64,000 nucleotides of DNA. Origin: a virus (Duplodnaviria; Caudoviricetes). Below the pieces are notes generated by a model. The model was not told the DNA's origin. It saw nothing but the letters and a program-made list of their open reading frames with translations, and did not search any database. Numbering within the stretch: the stretch's first letter is position 1; each line of letters opens with the position of its first letter. Location of the stretch: the IMG/VR virus record IMGVR_UViG_3300023714_000001; one strand, given 5' to 3'. Positions 61,707 to 64,000 of this stretch are shown piece after piece. The position numbers and the translations under genes were made by a program.

Positions 61707-62420
61707 ATGAAAAACTCAACCACCAAACAGTTCGGCGACAAACAAGAATTCAGCTTAAAAGACGTTCGTGAGCGCGACGATATGTACAACCGTTTCGACG
61801 CAAAACAGCGCACATATTTCCATGCAATCAAGGAACATGTGTTTACGTTCTGCGAGGCCACCACTGGTAGCGGCAAGACCACAGTATCCATCGCGGCAGC
61901 ATTAGATTTACTAGCAAACGGCGAAGCCGACCGAATTGTCTATGTGCGCACTCCTGATGACCGAAGTCTTCGTCTTGGATTCCAGCCGGGGACGCTCGAA
62001 GAAAAATGCGTAATTTATTGGGGCCCTCTTTGCGATGCACTATTAGCACTGGGTATTACACCAGACATGGCAGCTCAAATGGTTAATCTTGGGCTTCTGG
62101 TAGAAACCACGGACATTTCTTTGCGGGGTGTTAATTTTAGTCGAGCTGTAGTTGTATTTGACGAAATCCAGAATGCGGATGTGGAAACCATGCGCACTGT
62201 ATTTACCCGCTGTCACGAAAATTGTCATATTGTAGCCACCGGCGACCGTAAACAGCACGACAATAAAAAAATTGACGACGAGTTCTATGAGTACTGTATG
62301 TTCCTCGCCGAATCCGCGATGGGTAACAAATGCGAACTCACCCACAATTATCGCGGCGCCTTCAGCCGGCTGGCCGAAAGTTATGTCGCTCGTAAAGACA
62401 GAATTAAACAGGCCGCGTAA
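61707..62420 (+). CDS. phoH: PhoH-family ATPase
   Basis: TGSGKT, LGFQPGTLEEK, LRGVNF, DEIQN, TR, GDRKQHD; ends KQAA. Confidence 0.9.
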   Translation: MKNSTTKQFGDKQEFSLKDVRERDDMYNRFDAKQRTYFHAIKEHVFTFCEATTGSGKTTVSIAAALDLLANGEADRIVYVRTPDDRSLRLGFQPGTLEEKCVIYWGPLCDALLALGITPDMAAQMVNLGLLVETTDISLRGVNFSRAVVVFDEIQNADVETMRTVFTRCHENCHIVATGDRKQHDNKKIDDEFYEYCMFLAESAMGNKCELTHNYRGAFSRLAESYVARKDRIKQAA

Positions 62421-63138
62421 AAATCATCCCAACCCGCCCGCTATTTTTCTAACAGACGGTCTTCCATTATACCCCTCTAAAACGCAAAATATGAGGGGTG
62501 TTTTATTTTTGACGGCACTTTACCAGTTAAACACCTTTTCGTCGCGCTACGTTAAATCTATGGGGCCTATAGAGAAGATTTCAGGTAAAGTTCTGAATGC
62601 AGACAAGCGGCGCGGGCCGGATCTAAAAATTTTAGAGCTTAAGGATCTTGTGCGTGTATCTTTCCTATAGAGAAGAACAATAATAAAGTATTATGATTAA
62701 CCTTCAACATAAGAACGTAAGAAGAACATTGTAGGTAGGTTATATATGGGACATATAGATATATACCACGGACAATATCTTACTGCAAACATGATAGTAT
62801 CTGTTATATAGGGATACATTGTATTTGCGGTAGGTAAGAAGACGATAGCTCTATAGGGGACAATATGTAAGAAGTCACCATTATGGACAGTTTTTGTAGG
62901 GGCACATTGTTGCGCATGAGGACGTAGAACATCTTTCGGCGGCACGGGGCCGGGCATAGAAGCTGCTGACAGGGGAAGTTGAGGGGGCGGCGACCCCCTC
63001 AGTTGCTGCTCTAATAGCAGCGGCTTTAATAGCATTTAAGAAGTTCTCATTGACATGTACGAGCAGGTCAGAGTAAAATAGACAATACAAAAAGCCCCGC
63101 ACCGGCAAAACCGTGCGAGGCTCAGGAGGAATTAAATA

Positions 63139-64000
63139 TTGAAAATCAGAGTAAAACAATTGGCGCATAAATTCGTACAAGCTGGCGCCAAATCTCACCC
63201 CTTCACTCGCCACTATTACCGCGATAACAGCGATAAAAACATTTTGGCGAAGTACAGGGAAAAACATAATAACACGGAAATCTACGAAAATTTGTACACA
63301 ATGACCGTGGAAGATGACGCCAGCAAAGATGCGAAATCCATCTGGCAGGCAAATAAAGAACAGGCCGTTCTTACCGGAGACTTTGTTGTTGACCTAGACC
63401 TGCACGGCGCCGGCGACAAACCGGAAGCCTACGATGCTGTTCGCAATGATACCATTGGCGTTGTAAAACGTTTATGTCAGCTACTTCACATCACTGAAAA
63501 CCAGATGAAGATATACTGGAGCGGCGGCAAGGGATTCCATGTTGTAGTCCCGTATGCAGGATTGCTATCAGCAAAGAATCTAAACAAAGGATATCGCAGA
63601 CTGGCACAATGGCTTAATCGCTACTACAAGACGATTGATCTGACATTGTACGATGAACAGCGAGTCTGTCGCATTCCCAACTCTATCCACGGTAAGACAG
63701 GGATGTATTGCGTTCGTGTATCCTGGGAACAGCTTCAGAGTATGGATCTGATACAAATGATGCAATGGGCCTTTAACCCCCGTCCAGATGAGGACGTCTT
63801 CTTAAACGAAAGTCACGTAAGAAGTGTGTTTGGTTCAAATTTAGAACGGCTCTCAGGCCTTATACTACGCGGGTTGAAGGGTAGTAGGAAAACTAAAAAG
63901 AAACAACCCCGTACAATAACCGTAGAAGAGAGAAGGGGTGTTTTTCAGAGTATTTTCAGATTCAAACAACCTGGTGTGATTTCCGAGTCTGCCGTAAAAA
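63139..64000 (+). CDS. archaeo-eukaryotic primase (AEP/PrimPol), runs off the window
   Basis: TTG start after AGGAGG; FVVDLD (DxD), WSGGKGFHV, IDLTLYD..RVCRIPNS; not in the ORF track because there is no stop in the window. Confidence 0.85.
   Translation, partial: MKIRVKQLAHKFVQAGAKSHPFTRHYYRDNSDKNILAKYREKHNNTEIYENLYTMTVEDDASKDAKSIWQANKEQAVLTGDFVVDLDLHGAGDKPEAYDAVRNDTIGVVKRLCQLLHITENQMKIYWSGGKGFHVVVPYAGLLSAKNLNKGYRRLAQWLNRYYKTIDLTLYDEQRVCRIPNSIHGKTGMYCVRVSWEQLQSMDLIQMMQWAFNPRPDEDVFLNESHVRSVFGSNLERLSGLILRGLKGSRKTKKKQPRTITVEERRGVFQSIFRFKQPGVISESAVK

Noticed and set aside
1-64000. Stop-codon reassignment (alternative genetic code)
   Set aside because: Conserved genes (ligA, helicase, nrdG, phoH) are intact in code 11 and no suppressor tRNA was seen

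Overview
A 64-kb segment of a large tailed phage genome, probably infecting a Bacillota (Firmicutes) host (inferred from AGGAGG RBSs, sigma-A promoters and the gene families). No structural genes are present. Nearly everything is on the minus strand up to about 60.7 kb, then switches to plus (PhoH, AEP primase running off the end). Layout: (1) 1.7-9.3 kb is an RNA-gene island downstream of a consensus sigma-A promoter at 9251-9279. It holds tmRNA, four intact tRNAs, a degenerate tRNA, three tRNA-like RNAs with no normal anticodon loop, a probable ROOL RNA, an anti-Shine-Dalgarno-rich leader, and a 1.6-kb array of repeated, shuffled small RNA modules. (2) 9.3-38.3 kb holds small accessory genes (nrdG, ligA, PARG, SLOG, HAD, ITPase, SppA, Sir2, MYG1) and a self-contained solitary type I-C CRISPR-repeat sRNA. 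(3) 38.3-60.7 kb looks like an early region. It encodes a split two-barrel (YonO/QDE-1-like) RNA polymerase whose two halves are in permuted gene order, one fused to helix-hairpin-helix repeats. Eight N4-like template-strand hairpin + conserved-box elements precede genes (seven here, one at 9.7 kb), and 17 proteins in the window end in an ssrA-like Ala-Ala. The best candidates for new biology are this polymerase/hairpin-promoter/degron programme and the modular ncRNA array. All assignments are from motif reading by eye; no database searches were run.
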